64,000 nt of DNA from a virus, in the IMG/VR virus record IMGVR_UViG_3300029203_000004, one strand, 5' to 3'. The notes beneath the pieces are model-generated. The model made no database searches. It was not told where the DNA came from and saw nothing but the letters and a program-made list of their open reading frames with translations. The position numbers were made by a program, and so were the translations under genes. Every line of letters starts with the position of its first letter. The first letter of the stretch is position 1. Positions 45,186 to 54,087 of the stretch are shown in pieces.

Positions 45186-45277
45186 GCAAAAATAAGCACA
45201 AGAGCATGATTTACAACAAACAAAAATCCATTAGTATTTTTTAACATATTTAAAATGGTAGATAAAAACGATTATGT

Positions 45278-45285
45278 TATCTTTG
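45278..45285 (+). promoter_or_regulatory. -7 promoter box (TAtcTTTG) for the + strand three-gene island
   Basis: Exact match 22 nt upstream of the ATG at 45307. It shares TTTGCAATAA with the divergent box. Confidence 0.4.
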
Positions 45286-45306
45286 CAATAAAATAATTTT
45301 TTAACT

Positions 45307-45648
45307 ATGGCTATAGAAGAAAACAAAGTAACACTTGTTGGCGTAAATTCAGCCAGCGTAACATTCAGCAATGAAGCTAATGTGGAAAAACAATACAAGG
45401 TGAATGCGAATGTAAACGTATCAAACGGTAAAACCATTGATTCATTTGATGGCGGAGAGGTGAAGTCATTGGAATCAGAGAACCAACTCGCTACATTCTA
45501 TTTCAATCAGAACGGTGGTATCGCAATCAACTACAACGATCATCCCGACTTGGAAGCACAAATTGCTATCATTACTATCATCAACTCTTTCGTAACCGAT
45601 GTTACAAAATACATCAACACGAAAGGCATCTCATCAGTTTCAATCTAA
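45307..45648 (+). CDS. Hypothetical protein
   Basis: 113-aa ATG ORF, first gene of an opposite-strand island inside the tail module. Confidence 0.55.
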   Translation: MAIEENKVTLVGVNSASVTFSNEANVEKQYKVNANVNVSNGKTIDSFDGGEVKSLESENQLATFYFNQNGGIAINYNDHPDLEAQIAIITIINSFVTDVTKYINTKGISSVSI

Positions 45649-45662
45649 AAAAGGCAAGAAAA

Positions 45663-46193
45663 ATGACGAACCAAGAAATGTTTTTAAAGAGATTAACTCT
45701 CTTGAATATCCCCTTATCACTAGAAGGGAAGGAACTTCCATCAGAACTGAAAGCAAAAATCATGCTTATGCGTGTCGCTTACGACAAAGCTGCAAAAGCA
45801 TTCGATGATGATATGCAACAGGTTCTTAAAGAAATAAAGAAGGAAGGATATGACGAGCGCGCACAGAAAATCAATCACATGAAAGAGATTGACGGAAAGG
45901 AAGATGCGACAAAAGAGGAAAAGAAAGAAGCGGATGAAATCAGAAAAACAGAAGAAGATTTCAACAAGGAAACAGAAGAACTGAACAAAGCATACTCCGA
46001 AGCATACCAAGAGAAAATGAAAGAGGAATGTGATATGAAGCCTAGAAAATTCGCTTTTGAAGGATTCGCTAAAATCATTGAACTTATTGGTACTGACGGT
46101 GCAATTAAAGTGAAATGGAACTCTCCCGAAGCATTGGAAATACCGAAGGAGGAATTTATCTCGCTTATCGCAACAAATCTAGTAGATGAATAA
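45663..46193 (+). CDS. Hypothetical Lys/Glu-rich protein
   Basis: 176-aa ATG ORF with a charged helical centre. Confidence 0.55.
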   Translation: MTNQEMFLKRLTLLNIPLSLEGKELPSELKAKIMLMRVAYDKAAKAFDDDMQQVLKEIKKEGYDERAQKINHMKEIDGKEDATKEEKKEADEIRKTEEDFNKETEELNKAYSEAYQEKMKEECDMKPRKFAFEGFAKIIELIGTDGAIKVKWNSPEALEIPKEEFISLIATNLVDE

Positions 46194-46662
46194 GCCGTTT
46201 TCTATATTGCTATTTTTTTTGTTACTGTCGTGTTCTTGTTCACGCAAGCTACTTCCATCTTCGACAAATACAACTATAGTAGACCATAACACGACAGTAA
46301 CGGAAAGAGTAGTATGGCAATCAAAAATAATAACTCTTCCAACAGAACACATACAACATACAACATTTGAAGATAGTTCACACTTGGAAACATCATTAGC
46401 CATATCAGACGCTAAAATAATGTCGGATGGCAGGCTTTTTCATAGTTTGAAAAACAAGAAAGACTTTTTACAAGACAGTATTCCATCCTTGGACAAAGAA
46501 ACGGTAGTGACGAAAGATTCGATAATAACCGTAGAGAAAATTGTAGAAGTAAAGGTAGAAAAGGAATTGTCTAAATGGCAAAAAATACTAATCAATCTTG
46601 GATACATAGGTATCGGTTTCATATTGTTTTCAGGTTACAAAATAGCCAGAAAGTTCGTGTAA
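46186..46662 (+). CDS. Lipoprotein with a C-terminal transmembrane helix (u-spanin-like architecture)
   Basis: Signal peptide plus lipobox FFLLLSC; a Thr/Val/Ile-rich (beta-prone) middle; C-terminal TMD ILINLGYIGIGFILFSGYKIA. Confidence 0.5.
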   Translation: MNKPFSILLFFLLLSCSCSRKLLPSSTNTTIVDHNTTVTERVVWQSKIITLPTEHIQHTTFEDSSHLETSLAISDAKIMSDGRLFHSLKNKKDFLQDSIPSLDKETVVTKDSIITVEKIVEVKVEKELSKWQKILINLGYIGIGFILFSGYKIARKFV

Positions 46663-46673
46663 CTTTCGGGCTT

Positions 46674-46772
46674 AGGTAATTATATACGTTTATACACATA
46701 CATATTGACGTTTCACCGTCCCGACTACTGCCGACCACTCCACGTCCTCAACCCCTTCTACCAAGGGTGATA
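46674..46772 (-). ncRNA. 3' omega-RNA scaffold / right-end region of the tnpB-2 element
   Basis: Covers the last 25 sense codons plus the stop of tnpB-2 and the 16 nt after the stop. About 95% identical (5 mismatches in 99 nt) to the gene-less copy at 61330-61428. Homology stops at AATTACCT, which I take as the element boundary. Confidence 0.5.
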
Positions 46773-47862
46773 TTAGTCCGAACCGTTTGATGTTTACCGA
46801 AGCGAGAATGTCACGATCATTGTGCCTTCCGCATTTCGGGCAAACCCATTCACGGTCACTGAGTTTCAATTCACTATTAACGTATCCGCATATACACGTC
46901 TTGGAACTTGCTTCAAAACGTCCGATACGTATAAGGTTGCGTCCATACCATTCGCACTTGTATTCAAGCTGTCGGAAAAACTCGCTCCATGAAACGGATG
47001 ATATGGATTTTGCAAGACGGTGGTTTTTCAACATACCCTTTACATTCAAATCCTCAATGATTATCGTTTGGTTTTCACGGACAATCTTTGATGTGACTTG
47101 ATGCAGGAAATTGTTGCGTTGGTTGGAAACCTTCTCATACTGTCTTGCCAATATTTTCCTTGCCCGTTCTCTTCGGTTGGAACCTTTCTTTGTCTTTGAG
47201 AATCTTCTTTGCAACACCTTTAGTCTTGTTTCCGATTTCTCAAGATATTTGGGATTGGCATACACATCACCGTTCGAACAAACTGCAAAATCCTTTATAC
47301 CGACATCTATACCGATAGACGTATCATATCTGACAGCAGGCTTTACAGGTATTTCCTTTCCATCGTCAACAAGAACAGAAATGAAATATTTACCTGTTGG
47401 TGTCTTGCTTACCGTGACAGAACATACCTTACCGTCAAACTTTCTGTTCGGAAAGAATTTAACCCATCCGATCTTTGGAAGTCTTACCTTGTTGTTGTCA
47501 AGGTCAACAGACACCGAATTTATAGCCTTGTATGACTGTCGGCTGTAATGCTTCGCCTTGAAATTTGGGAAGCCTGTCTTTTCACGGAAGAACTTCACGA
47601 ACGCGCTGTCCATATTTCTTATGGATTGTTGCAGGCACTCGTTTGATACTTCCGAAAGCCATTTCTTTCCATCTTCCTTTTTAAGTTCTGTAAGCATCTT
47701 AGCCAGTTCAACCCATCCTATCTTCGTCTTGTCACGCTGATACGCTTCTATACGTTTACCGAGCATATAGTTATATACAAACCTACAACACCCGAAAGAT
47801 TTGTTGAAGAAAACAATTTGCTCAGGAGTAGGATTAAGTCTATATTTATATGCTCGTTTCAT
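46690..47862 (-). CDS. tnpB: TnpB (IS200/IS605-family OrfB), copy 2
   Basis: MKRAYKYRLNPTPEQ. RuvC D/E/D in GIDVGIK, IIEDLNVKGM, NDRDILASVNI. Zinc finger C.C...CPKCG. Roughly half identical to copy 1 by eye. No tnpA. Confidence 0.9.
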   Translation of the reverse strand: MKRAYKYRLNPTPEQIVFFNKSFGCCRFVYNYMLGKRIEAYQRDKTKIGWVELAKMLTELKKEDGKKWLSEVSNECLQQSIRNMDSAFVKFFREKTGFPNFKAKHYSRQSYKAINSVSVDLDNNKVRLPKIGWVKFFPNRKFDGKVCSVTVSKTPTGKYFISVLVDDGKEIPVKPAVRYDTSIGIDVGIKDFAVCSNGDVYANPKYLEKSETRLKVLQRRFSKTKKGSNRRERARKILARQYEKVSNQRNNFLHQVTSKIVRENQTIIIEDLNVKGMLKNHRLAKSISSVSWSEFFRQLEYKCEWYGRNLIRIGRFEASSKTCICGYVNSELKLSDREWVCPKCGRHNDRDILASVNIKRFGLISPLVEGVEDVEWSAVVGTVKRQYVCV

Positions 47863-47926
47863 ATTGCAAATATAACTATAAATTAAATTATAACATAACT
47901 AATTTTGTTAAATAGTGTTTAATTTG

Positions 47927-48127
47927 TTATAAATGCCATTTATTGCAGACGATATTGCCGCCTAAAATCAAACTACCCGTCACACGTACATCACCATCAA
48001 TAATGATAGCTTGTGACAAATCAAACTCTTTTGGTATATCACTACCATCTAAGGCTATTATCTCATAAAGCCCCTCTGTCGGGCTAAAGCCCCCCCCCTG
48101 TGCTCCCTCGCTTCGCTTCGGTCGCAC
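47927..48127 (-). CDS. Small conserved protein with a GTG start, a 5' G9 tract and pentanucleotide repeats
   Basis: The C-terminal 45 aa (EIIALDGSDIPKEFDLSQAIIIDGDV...) are conserved at protein level with the frame at 63696-63863. The only start is GTG. It is in the same frame as upstream ORF 48152..48556, separated by one TAA and 8 sense codons. Confidence 0.4.
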   Translation of the reverse strand: MRPKRSEGAQGGGFSPTEGLYEIIALDGSDIPKEFDLSQAIIIDGDVRVTGSLILGGNIVCNKWHL

Positions 48128-48151
48128 ACCAAATTTCCGTTTACAAACAAA

Positions 48152-48556
48152 TTAATCTTCATGTTTATTGTTTTTTAAATATTTCGCAACACTATCCATT
48201 ACACACTCAACACACCAACCTAAAAGGTATGCAAAGTGCTCATCCTGCCCTTTTTCATACCCCATAGAAATATCACAATACGCAAATACATTACAAACAT
48301 AATGAATAGATTCATGAGCAACAGTTCTCACCCCTATACCATTGTTGGATAACCAAATAAGTACACCTAAATTATTTGTACTTTTTTCTCTTACAAAAAT
48401 AGTCATGCCATTACAGCCCTTAATTTCATCTTTTGATGTATCTATCGGGTCATGATTAAGTTTGGTGAATTTTCTATGTATTTCCCCCCATTGATCATCC
48501 CCCACTGCAACATACAGTTTAAGGGGATATATTTTAGGATCGTATTTTGTTATCAT
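48152..48556 (-). CDS. Small HExxH-motif protein
   Basis: AHESIHYVCNVF...DEHFAYLLGW; same layout as 15208..15618. Confidence 0.55.
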   Translation of the reverse strand: MITKYDPKIYPLKLYVAVGDDQWGEIHRKFTKLNHDPIDTSKDEIKGCNGMTIFVREKSTNNLGVLIWLSNNGIGVRTVAHESIHYVCNVFAYCDISMGYEKGQDEHFAYLLGWCVECVMDSVAKYLKNNKHED

Positions 48557-48798
48557 CGCAAAATGTCTTTTAGTAATATATCGGGATGCTCTTCTTTAGG
48601 TTTAGATTCCTTGAATCTATATATAAAGCCACTTGCATCCTTGTTAGCTTCCTTATATAAATCTTCTGTAAGAGAAGCCTTGTACAACTTAACTTTCTCT
48701 TCAAAATGATAATCAAGTTTAGGCTGGTCCATTATTACTGCCTGTATATAACTCCATGAATATTTCCATAGCAAAGCCCAGTCCTTGATTACCATCAA
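48553..48798 (-). CDS. Hypothetical protein
   Basis: 81-aa ORF overlapping the next start by 4 nt. Confidence 0.5.
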   Translation of the reverse strand: MMVIKDWALLWKYSWSYIQAVIMDQPKLDYHFEEKVKLYKASLTEDLYKEANKDASGFIYRFKESKPKEEHPDILLKDILR

Positions 48799-48812
48799 TC
48801 CTCCGAATAGCC

Positions 48813-49352
48813 TTAAATCTCCTCTGAATTGGGGGAAATCTTTTTGGATAGATCCTCGTGAGCCGATTTTGCATCGAGAGATAATTTCATGGCATCCTTC
48901 TTGCTTAATGTCGCTGTCGTATCTATCAAGAACGCTAAACGGATTGTATTTGTAAAAAAATCACTTACATTAGCCCCCTCCACGATGGCTTCTATCAACG
49001 GAGTTAGTTCCTTATGGTCATAGTGCCTGCTTAACCACCAAGCGTATATACGTCTTGCAAAAGGAATTATCTCAAAAAACCAATAGTTATTCAATACTCC
49101 TGCCGCTGCAACTTTGTACGGAATAGATGCGTCATTTTTCATAATTGCAATCATTTCCTTTTTCGCTGTATCGGGATTGATAATGTCACGTATCAACAGC
49201 TTGTCTACAATATAATCGTATGCACCTAGTCTAAGACCACGCACCTTGAATTTCTTATTGCCAACCATAACCTCTTTGTATTTATGAGTGGCAAACTTCT
49301 GCATCTTTATCTGATCATCTAAGTCAGGTTGTTTCCAGTTGAATATTCCCAT
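48813..49352 (-). CDS. Hypothetical protein (tail-chaperone position)
   Basis: 179-aa ORF between the major tail protein and the tape measure. No frameshift site recognised. Confidence 0.5.
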   Translation of the reverse strand: MGIFNWKQPDLDDQIKMQKFATHKYKEVMVGNKKFKVRGLRLGAYDYIVDKLLIRDIINPDTAKKEMIAIMKNDASIPYKVAAAGVLNNYWFFEIIPFARRIYAWWLSRHYDHKELTPLIEAIVEGANVSDFFTNTIRLAFLIDTTATLSKKDAMKLSLDAKSAHEDLSKKISPNSEEI

Positions 49353-49354
49353 TT

Positions 49355-49867
49355 TTAAACTAACTTGAACGGTTTAATCATTAATTTTCCTTTCACATCT
49401 ACCTTTGATATGTTCTTTGGCGTATTTGTATAAACGAACACCTTGGTATATTTAGACGATACAATATCAAGTTTGGCATCGTCAATCAAAGAAACATGAA
49501 CTATGCTGTTATCAAGCGCAACAAGGCTTACACGGCTGTTATCCTTGACATACATTTCTCCTATACCGAAATCGTTGAATGTGACAACACAATCACACGA
49601 ACCATTAAAAATAGACCATTTAGGATTGCTTATGAAAAGATTGGTATCATCAACAAAGATATTAAACTTCTCCCTAACACCAGCAAACTCCTTCTTGATT
49701 ATTTCATTTGACGGGAACCTGTTTAACAGGCAGAAGTCAATGCCTCTGATATATTTCTCGCATAATTCATATTTGTCCGGGTTTCCCCATCCATTTGTCC
49801 ATTCCTTACACAGTCCAAGGCTTATAGCTTTTAGCTTTAATTTATCAGACAATTCTTTATCTGTCAT
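49355..49867 (-). CDS. Hypothetical protein (tail-chaperone position)
   Basis: ATG at 49867 (MTDKELSDKLK) preferred over the longer track start. Confidence 0.5.
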   Translation of the reverse strand: MTDKELSDKLKLKAISLGLCKEWTNGWGNPDKYELCEKYIRGIDFCLLNRFPSNEIIKKEFAGVREKFNIFVDDTNLFISNPKWSIFNGSCDCVVTFNDFGIGEMYVKDNSRVSLVALDNSIVHVSLIDDAKLDIVSSKYTKVFVYTNTPKNISKVDVKGKLMIKPFKLV

Positions 49868-49984
49868 GGTGTTATTTTTTACAGCAAAAATACAACAAAG
49901 GTTAACAAAAATCAAACACAATCAGTTAAAAAACAATAAAAGCCGGACGAAAACGCCCGGCTAATAATTCATCACCCGTCTACA

Positions 49985-50599
49985 TCAAGCACCCACTCCC
50001 GAATTGTCAAGTTCGAGAACCATCATGGTTTTCAAATACTGAGTGTTAACTTCCAATGCTGTCACAGTAACGGAGAATCCAAGGTATCCAGCGTTACTTG
50101 GAGCACCTGTGAAGCTGACAGCCCATGATGCCTTCGGGAAGAAGATCATACGGTCACCAGTACCGTTGATAATACCGATAGGACGTACAAACTGCTTGAA
50201 TGAGCTTGCACCAAACGCTTTCAGTTTCTGAGAAGCTCCCTTGCCGAAAACATCCGCAGTGTCAGTCAAACTATCCAATTCCAACTCAGCCTTTGCTTCA
50301 TTTCCTTGCGTAAAGAAAGCGAAAGCAGCTTTTGATGTAGACATACCTGTAAAGGTAAATGCCATAGTTCCCGGTGTGATATTTTGGAATACGGTAGCAC
50401 CCTGTTCGTTCTTTGTTTCAGAAGTATCAGCGTCAGTACCAGAAGATTCCGTAGTACCAGACTCAATATTTGGAAGAATCTTCGGATTCCTAAAACTTGA
50501 ATATTGAGTACTATCGGTGATTTCAATCGCATCAAATGTCAAAGCAGCCGACTGCCCGTTCAAGTAAGCAGGGCTAGTGTCTAAATTTACTCGTGCCAT
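49985..50599 (-). CDS. Putative major tail protein
   Basis: ATG at 50599 (MARVNLDTSPAYLNG...). About 204 aa, beta-rich, placed after the connector genes and before the chaperone-position genes. Called on synteny. Confidence 0.5.
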   Translation of the reverse strand: MARVNLDTSPAYLNGQSAALTFDAIEITDSTQYSSFRNPKILPNIESGTTESSGTDADTSETKNEQGATVFQNITPGTMAFTFTGMSTSKAAFAFFTQGNEAKAELELDSLTDTADVFGKGASQKLKAFGASSFKQFVRPIGIINGTGDRMIFFPKASWAVSFTGAPSNAGYLGFSVTVTALEVNTQYLKTMMVLELDNSGVGA

Positions 50600-50690
50600 T
50601 CTATTTTCTGTATTTAAAAAGTTATTGTTAATTGTTGAAAACGTATCTACCGATGCGCCTCCACTGTTTTTTCTCACGTTTCTCATGCAG

Positions 50691-51104
50691 CTAATCCTTT
50701 GAAATATCAACATTCAACAGGACGGACATATAATAGAACCCAACCCCGTCAAACATTGGTGGTAAAACATTAAATATCTCGAAATGAAGCTGCACAGTCT
50801 TTTGCGGGAACAGTTCTACCATTTTCTCACTCAACGCATCCATGACAGACGGATATACGTTCCCTGGCAATGCCCTTACAAACAGAGTAACCGTAGCCAT
50901 CGTTTCGCCTTTCCCGAAGTGACCGTAAGGGCCGCTCTCGGTATTGCTGACAATTCTTGTATTGTTGTTTACGACAATAAAACTAGTTACCTTATCATCA
51001 ACACTTGCAGGACGCTGCACCTTATATACATCGTCAGCAATCTTCTTGTCCAATACAATATTGTACAAGGTGGTATTTATTGTTGAAGGATTAAAGTAGC
51101 CCAT
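50691..51104 (-). CDS. Head-tail connector / tail terminator-position protein
   Basis: 137-aa ORF in the connector block; synteny only. Confidence 0.45.
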   Translation of the reverse strand: MGYFNPSTINTTLYNIVLDKKIADDVYKVQRPASVDDKVTSFIVVNNNTRIVSNTESGPYGHFGKGETMATVTLFVRALPGNVYPSVMDALSEKMVELFPQKTVQLHFEIFNVLPPMFDGVGFYYMSVLLNVDISKD

Positions 51105-51108
51105 AACT

Positions 51109-51612
51109 TCACTTAAAATATTTGTTTAACATATTAGCTGCAATTTTCTTAAAAACCACAGTATATTTACCCCCTTTTAAATCTATCTTTGTCTTAATCC
51201 AAGAATCTGAAAGAACGTTCAACAGGTGATAGTTCTCAACATACTTGGCATAATACATGACAGCAGCGACAACCAGTTCATATTTTTCAGAACCATCGGA
51301 TTTATAACTGTTGAAGAAATCTTCGGCAAGTTCACGCCCCCAATACTCGACATTGTTACGTTTCCTAGGCTCATTTGCAACTTTCGTTGCATTTGCCCAC
51401 ACAATCTTCTTTAGGACCCCATCTTTGTAAATGCCACATCCATAACTATCTTCAAGATTGAAAGTTTGGTTGGTAAAGCCCTCCAAGTCTTTTATATCAT
51501 CCATGATATTCGTAGCAATATACTCCATGAACTGCATGATAGAAGCATCCAAGGCAAGCTGGACATTACTACCAAACTCTTTCAATACTTTATCGTTGTT
51601 ATTTGCCTGCAT
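51109..51612 (-). CDS. Head-tail connector-position protein
   Basis: 167-aa ORF; synteny only. Confidence 0.45.
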   Translation of the reverse strand: MQANNNDKVLKEFGSNVQLALDASIMQFMEYIATNIMDDIKDLEGFTNQTFNLEDSYGCGIYKDGVLKKIVWANATKVANEPRKRNNVEYWGRELAEDFFNSYKSDGSEKYELVVAAVMYYAKYVENYHLLNVLSDSWIKTKIDLKGGKYTVVFKKIAANMLNKYFK

Positions 51613-51973
51613 TTTTTGTACTTGTTTTTCTTGTTACTGGTTTACTCAGTTTCTCAATCTGCTTTTTTAGCAAATCTCGATCATCTTTAGCGCATTTCAG
51701 TTCTGTTTTAATATCATTCAGTTCATTGTAAAGCTCCTGTATCTTCTGATAAGCATCGTGGAGAGATTGCTGATAACTCAAAATTTCCTCTTGCGCCTTC
51801 TTCAACTGAGCACCCTGAATAGCAAACCCCTTTTCAAGATTGTCCAAGGTAGAAGAATCAATTTCAGTTTCCATCTTTTCCTTCTTCTGCTTAAACATTA
51901 ACATTGAAGTTAGAAGGGTTATGCCATTTGTACCCAACAAAGCAAGTATTATTTCCGTCCAATTGATTGTCAT
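51599..51973 (-). CDS. N-terminal TM helix plus coiled-coil protein
   Basis: IILALLGTNGITLLTSMLMF followed by about 80 aa of heptad-like sequence. Confidence 0.45.
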   Translation of the reverse strand: MTINWTEIILALLGTNGITLLTSMLMFKQKKEKMETEIDSSTLDNLEKGFAIQGAQLKKAQEEILSYQQSLHDAYQKIQELYNELNDIKTELKCAKDDRDLLKKQIEKLSKPVTRKTSTKNAGK

Positions 51974-51979
51974 AGTATT

Positions 51980-52333
51980 CTAGTTTTCTATTTGGTTAAA
52001 GTATATCACCGTACCAAATTCCATATTGTTAAATGGAGGTTTCTTTATCTCACGCCAACTATTGCTGTTGTCCGAAAACGGATGGTTGAAATTCTGCCAA
52101 TCCAACAGACACCCGGAAGGTATGGTTACATCGTTATCTTCTAGGTAGGCGGCATATTCGGATTTGTCAACATCATTCGTTTCCGAACCTGTGTCCTTTT
52201 CCTGTATGTTTGCCCTTCCTTCGTATATCATCTCCCAATATGGGGTAGTCTGATATTTATCCGAACTGTTCTTGTTCTGGTAAATTCTAACCATATCAGG
52301 AAACATATCCTCACCTAAAATACTCTTTCCCAT
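51980..52333 (-). CDS. Head-tail connector-position protein
   Basis: 117-aa ORF; synteny only. Confidence 0.45.
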   Translation of the reverse strand: MGKSILGEDMFPDMVRIYQNKNSSDKYQTTPYWEMIYEGRANIQEKDTGSETNDVDKSEYAAYLEDNDVTIPSGCLLDWQNFNHPFSDNSNSWREIKKPPFNNMEFGTVIYFNQIEN

Positions 52334-52334
52334 A

Positions 52335-52931
52335 CTACCATCTTAATCTAGTTATTTCAACATCTGTTCCAACATCCAAATTCAAACCCCATTTGGCGTA
52401 TAAATCCTTTGCGCGTTGCTCCAATCTTTTCTTGTCATTGATAGAAATAGTCTTGCTTGTGTCAGTAATTGACCAGTTTCCGGCTTTCTTTGTCTTTCCC
52501 TGTATCGTTGAAGGGGCAGTACAAACAATGAGCAACAAATCAGCATAAGCCAAATCCTTCTTCATCTCAGACGTTTCACGGCTGTCATCAGACAAACGGA
52601 ATCCCCATTTCTGGGCAACACTGATATACGATGTGTTTTTCAACTCATAGTCAATCTGTGCTTTCAGATATTCACGCATAGACATATAAAAATATGCTTC
52701 CACCTTCATGTTACCCTTTGCTGTTATCTGAGGCGTAACCTGAATAGTGTACGGATTATCTGAAACTTTCAGCCTATCTTCCGGCTTCAATGTTTCATTG
52801 TCAGCAATAAGCCAATATCCGAACTCCACACTTTCTTCGGGAATAGCTTGGAGCGTGAGAGTATCTCCAATGAAATACTCCCCTGCGCCCTTTGCTGTGC
52901 CTTCTCCATTTATATCAATAATGACTTTCAT
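52335..52931 (-). CDS. Connector-position protein with an N-terminal Listeria-Bacteroides-repeat-like domain
   Basis: GEYFIGDTLTLQAIPEESVEFGYW resembles the List_Bact repeat. It lies directly downstream of the capsid gene. Confidence 0.45.
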   Translation of the reverse strand: MKVIIDINGEGTAKGAGEYFIGDTLTLQAIPEESVEFGYWLIADNETLKPEDRLKVSDNPYTIQVTPQITAKGNMKVEAYFYMSMREYLKAQIDYELKNTSYISVAQKWGFRLSDDSRETSEMKKDLAYADLLLIVCTAPSTIQGKTKKAGNWSITDTSKTISINDKKRLEQRAKDLYAKWGLNLDVGTDVEITRLRW

Positions 52932-52942
52932 GGTTCAACTTT

Positions 52943-54070
52943 TTACAATCCTGTATTTGACTGCTCGTCAACCTTCATGATGATAAGGTTTTTCGGATTC
53001 TTCATCACAGGACACGCCCACAATTCACCTGAACTCTTTTCTGCATACGGTTCAGAAGAATACTGATGCAAGAATGCAATACGTCCGCCTTCCAAAGAGG
53101 AAATCTGTACAGCCGGGTTGGTATCCTGCAAATACATTGACGGTGAGTTCTTGATACGGAAGAACTGACCGCTCTGAACAAGAACAACGGTGTTCTTTTC
53201 AAAAGACGGTTTGGCTTCCTCAATCACGCCAAGTTTGTTCCATTTTGATTTTTCCTCAATAGGGATAATCACAGGAATAGAGAACACCTTCATCAGCACA
53301 TCAACAATTTCCTGATTGTTCATAGGATAGATTGTAGTAGATGCTGCGGCAGGAACAAGACGTGCCTGTACTGCTGCTGTCACTTTCGGGTGCATCAAGA
53401 AATTATCATACAAATCCTTTGACATTTCAAAATGATCGTATGGTACACCGTCATTATCGGCAATCTTGCACATTCTTTGAAGGTCTTTAATAGGATCTGC
53501 ATTTTCGTTCGGTGTCCAGTCTGTATCGCTAAACCATTTCTGTTTTAACGCTTTCAACTTATGTTTTGCAGGAACACGATAGTCGATCTGAACAGGAATT
53601 GAGTTAGTGCCACTGGCTGTATAGTTAAGCATACCTGTAGAAAGAGCCTGATAAGTCATACAGTTCAACTCGGTATGGAAGCCTTGGATACACGCTTCCA
53701 TCTTTGTGAACCACTTCTCACGGATCTTGTCAAGCAATGCACCTTGCGGAATGTCAAGTTCATAGAACTCCTGAATATCGGTTTCCATAAACTGAATGGC
53801 GTGACCCATCTTCGGAATACGGCCCGAATACCATTCAAATCCCGTAGTGTCCATAATAGGCTTTTCAGCCAAAGGAGCCAGCATTACAGGACGGGTAGCC
53901 TGTGTGTATTCGTCAACCATGACATTCCATGATTTACTCATCTGAGGAACATCCCAATCTCCGTAGCTTCTCCAGTTTTCGTTATCAAATTTCTGATTGG
54001 CATAATCCATAAGTTCCTGCATCTCCCCAGAAAAATGCCAATCATAGAAACTAAATGTCGATCTTTGCAT
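52943..54070 (-). CDS. Major capsid protein
   Basis: 375 aa, placed after the scaffold and decoration-position genes and before the connectors. Size and position fit a lambda gpE-like / HK97-fold MCP. No motif check was possible. Confidence 0.65.
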   Translation of the reverse strand: MQRSTFSFYDWHFSGEMQELMDYANQKFDNENWRSYGDWDVPQMSKSWNVMVDEYTQATRPVMLAPLAEKPIMDTTGFEWYSGRIPKMGHAIQFMETDIQEFYELDIPQGALLDKIREKWFTKMEACIQGFHTELNCMTYQALSTGMLNYTASGTNSIPVQIDYRVPAKHKLKALKQKWFSDTDWTPNENADPIKDLQRMCKIADNDGVPYDHFEMSKDLYDNFLMHPKVTAAVQARLVPAAASTTIYPMNNQEIVDVLMKVFSIPVIIPIEEKSKWNKLGVIEEAKPSFEKNTVVLVQSGQFFRIKNSPSMYLQDTNPAVQISSLEGGRIAFLHQYSSEPYAEKSSGELWACPVMKNPKNLIIMKVDEQSNTGL

Positions 54071-54087
54071 AAAACAAAAAATTTTAA

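Noticed and set aside
45171-45290. 10-bp inverted repeat TTATTGCAAA / TTTGCAATAA as an invertible promoter switch
   Set aside because: The two arms are simply two divergent TAnnTTTG promoter boxes with similar downstream bases. No recombinase is adjacent, and only 10 bp match.
47867-47874. TAtaTTTG box 4 nt upstream of the tnpB-2 ATG as its promoter
   Set aside because: The spacing would put the transcription start at or inside the start codon, whose position is fixed by N-terminal conservation with tnpB-1. It may be fortuitous or part of the element's left end.
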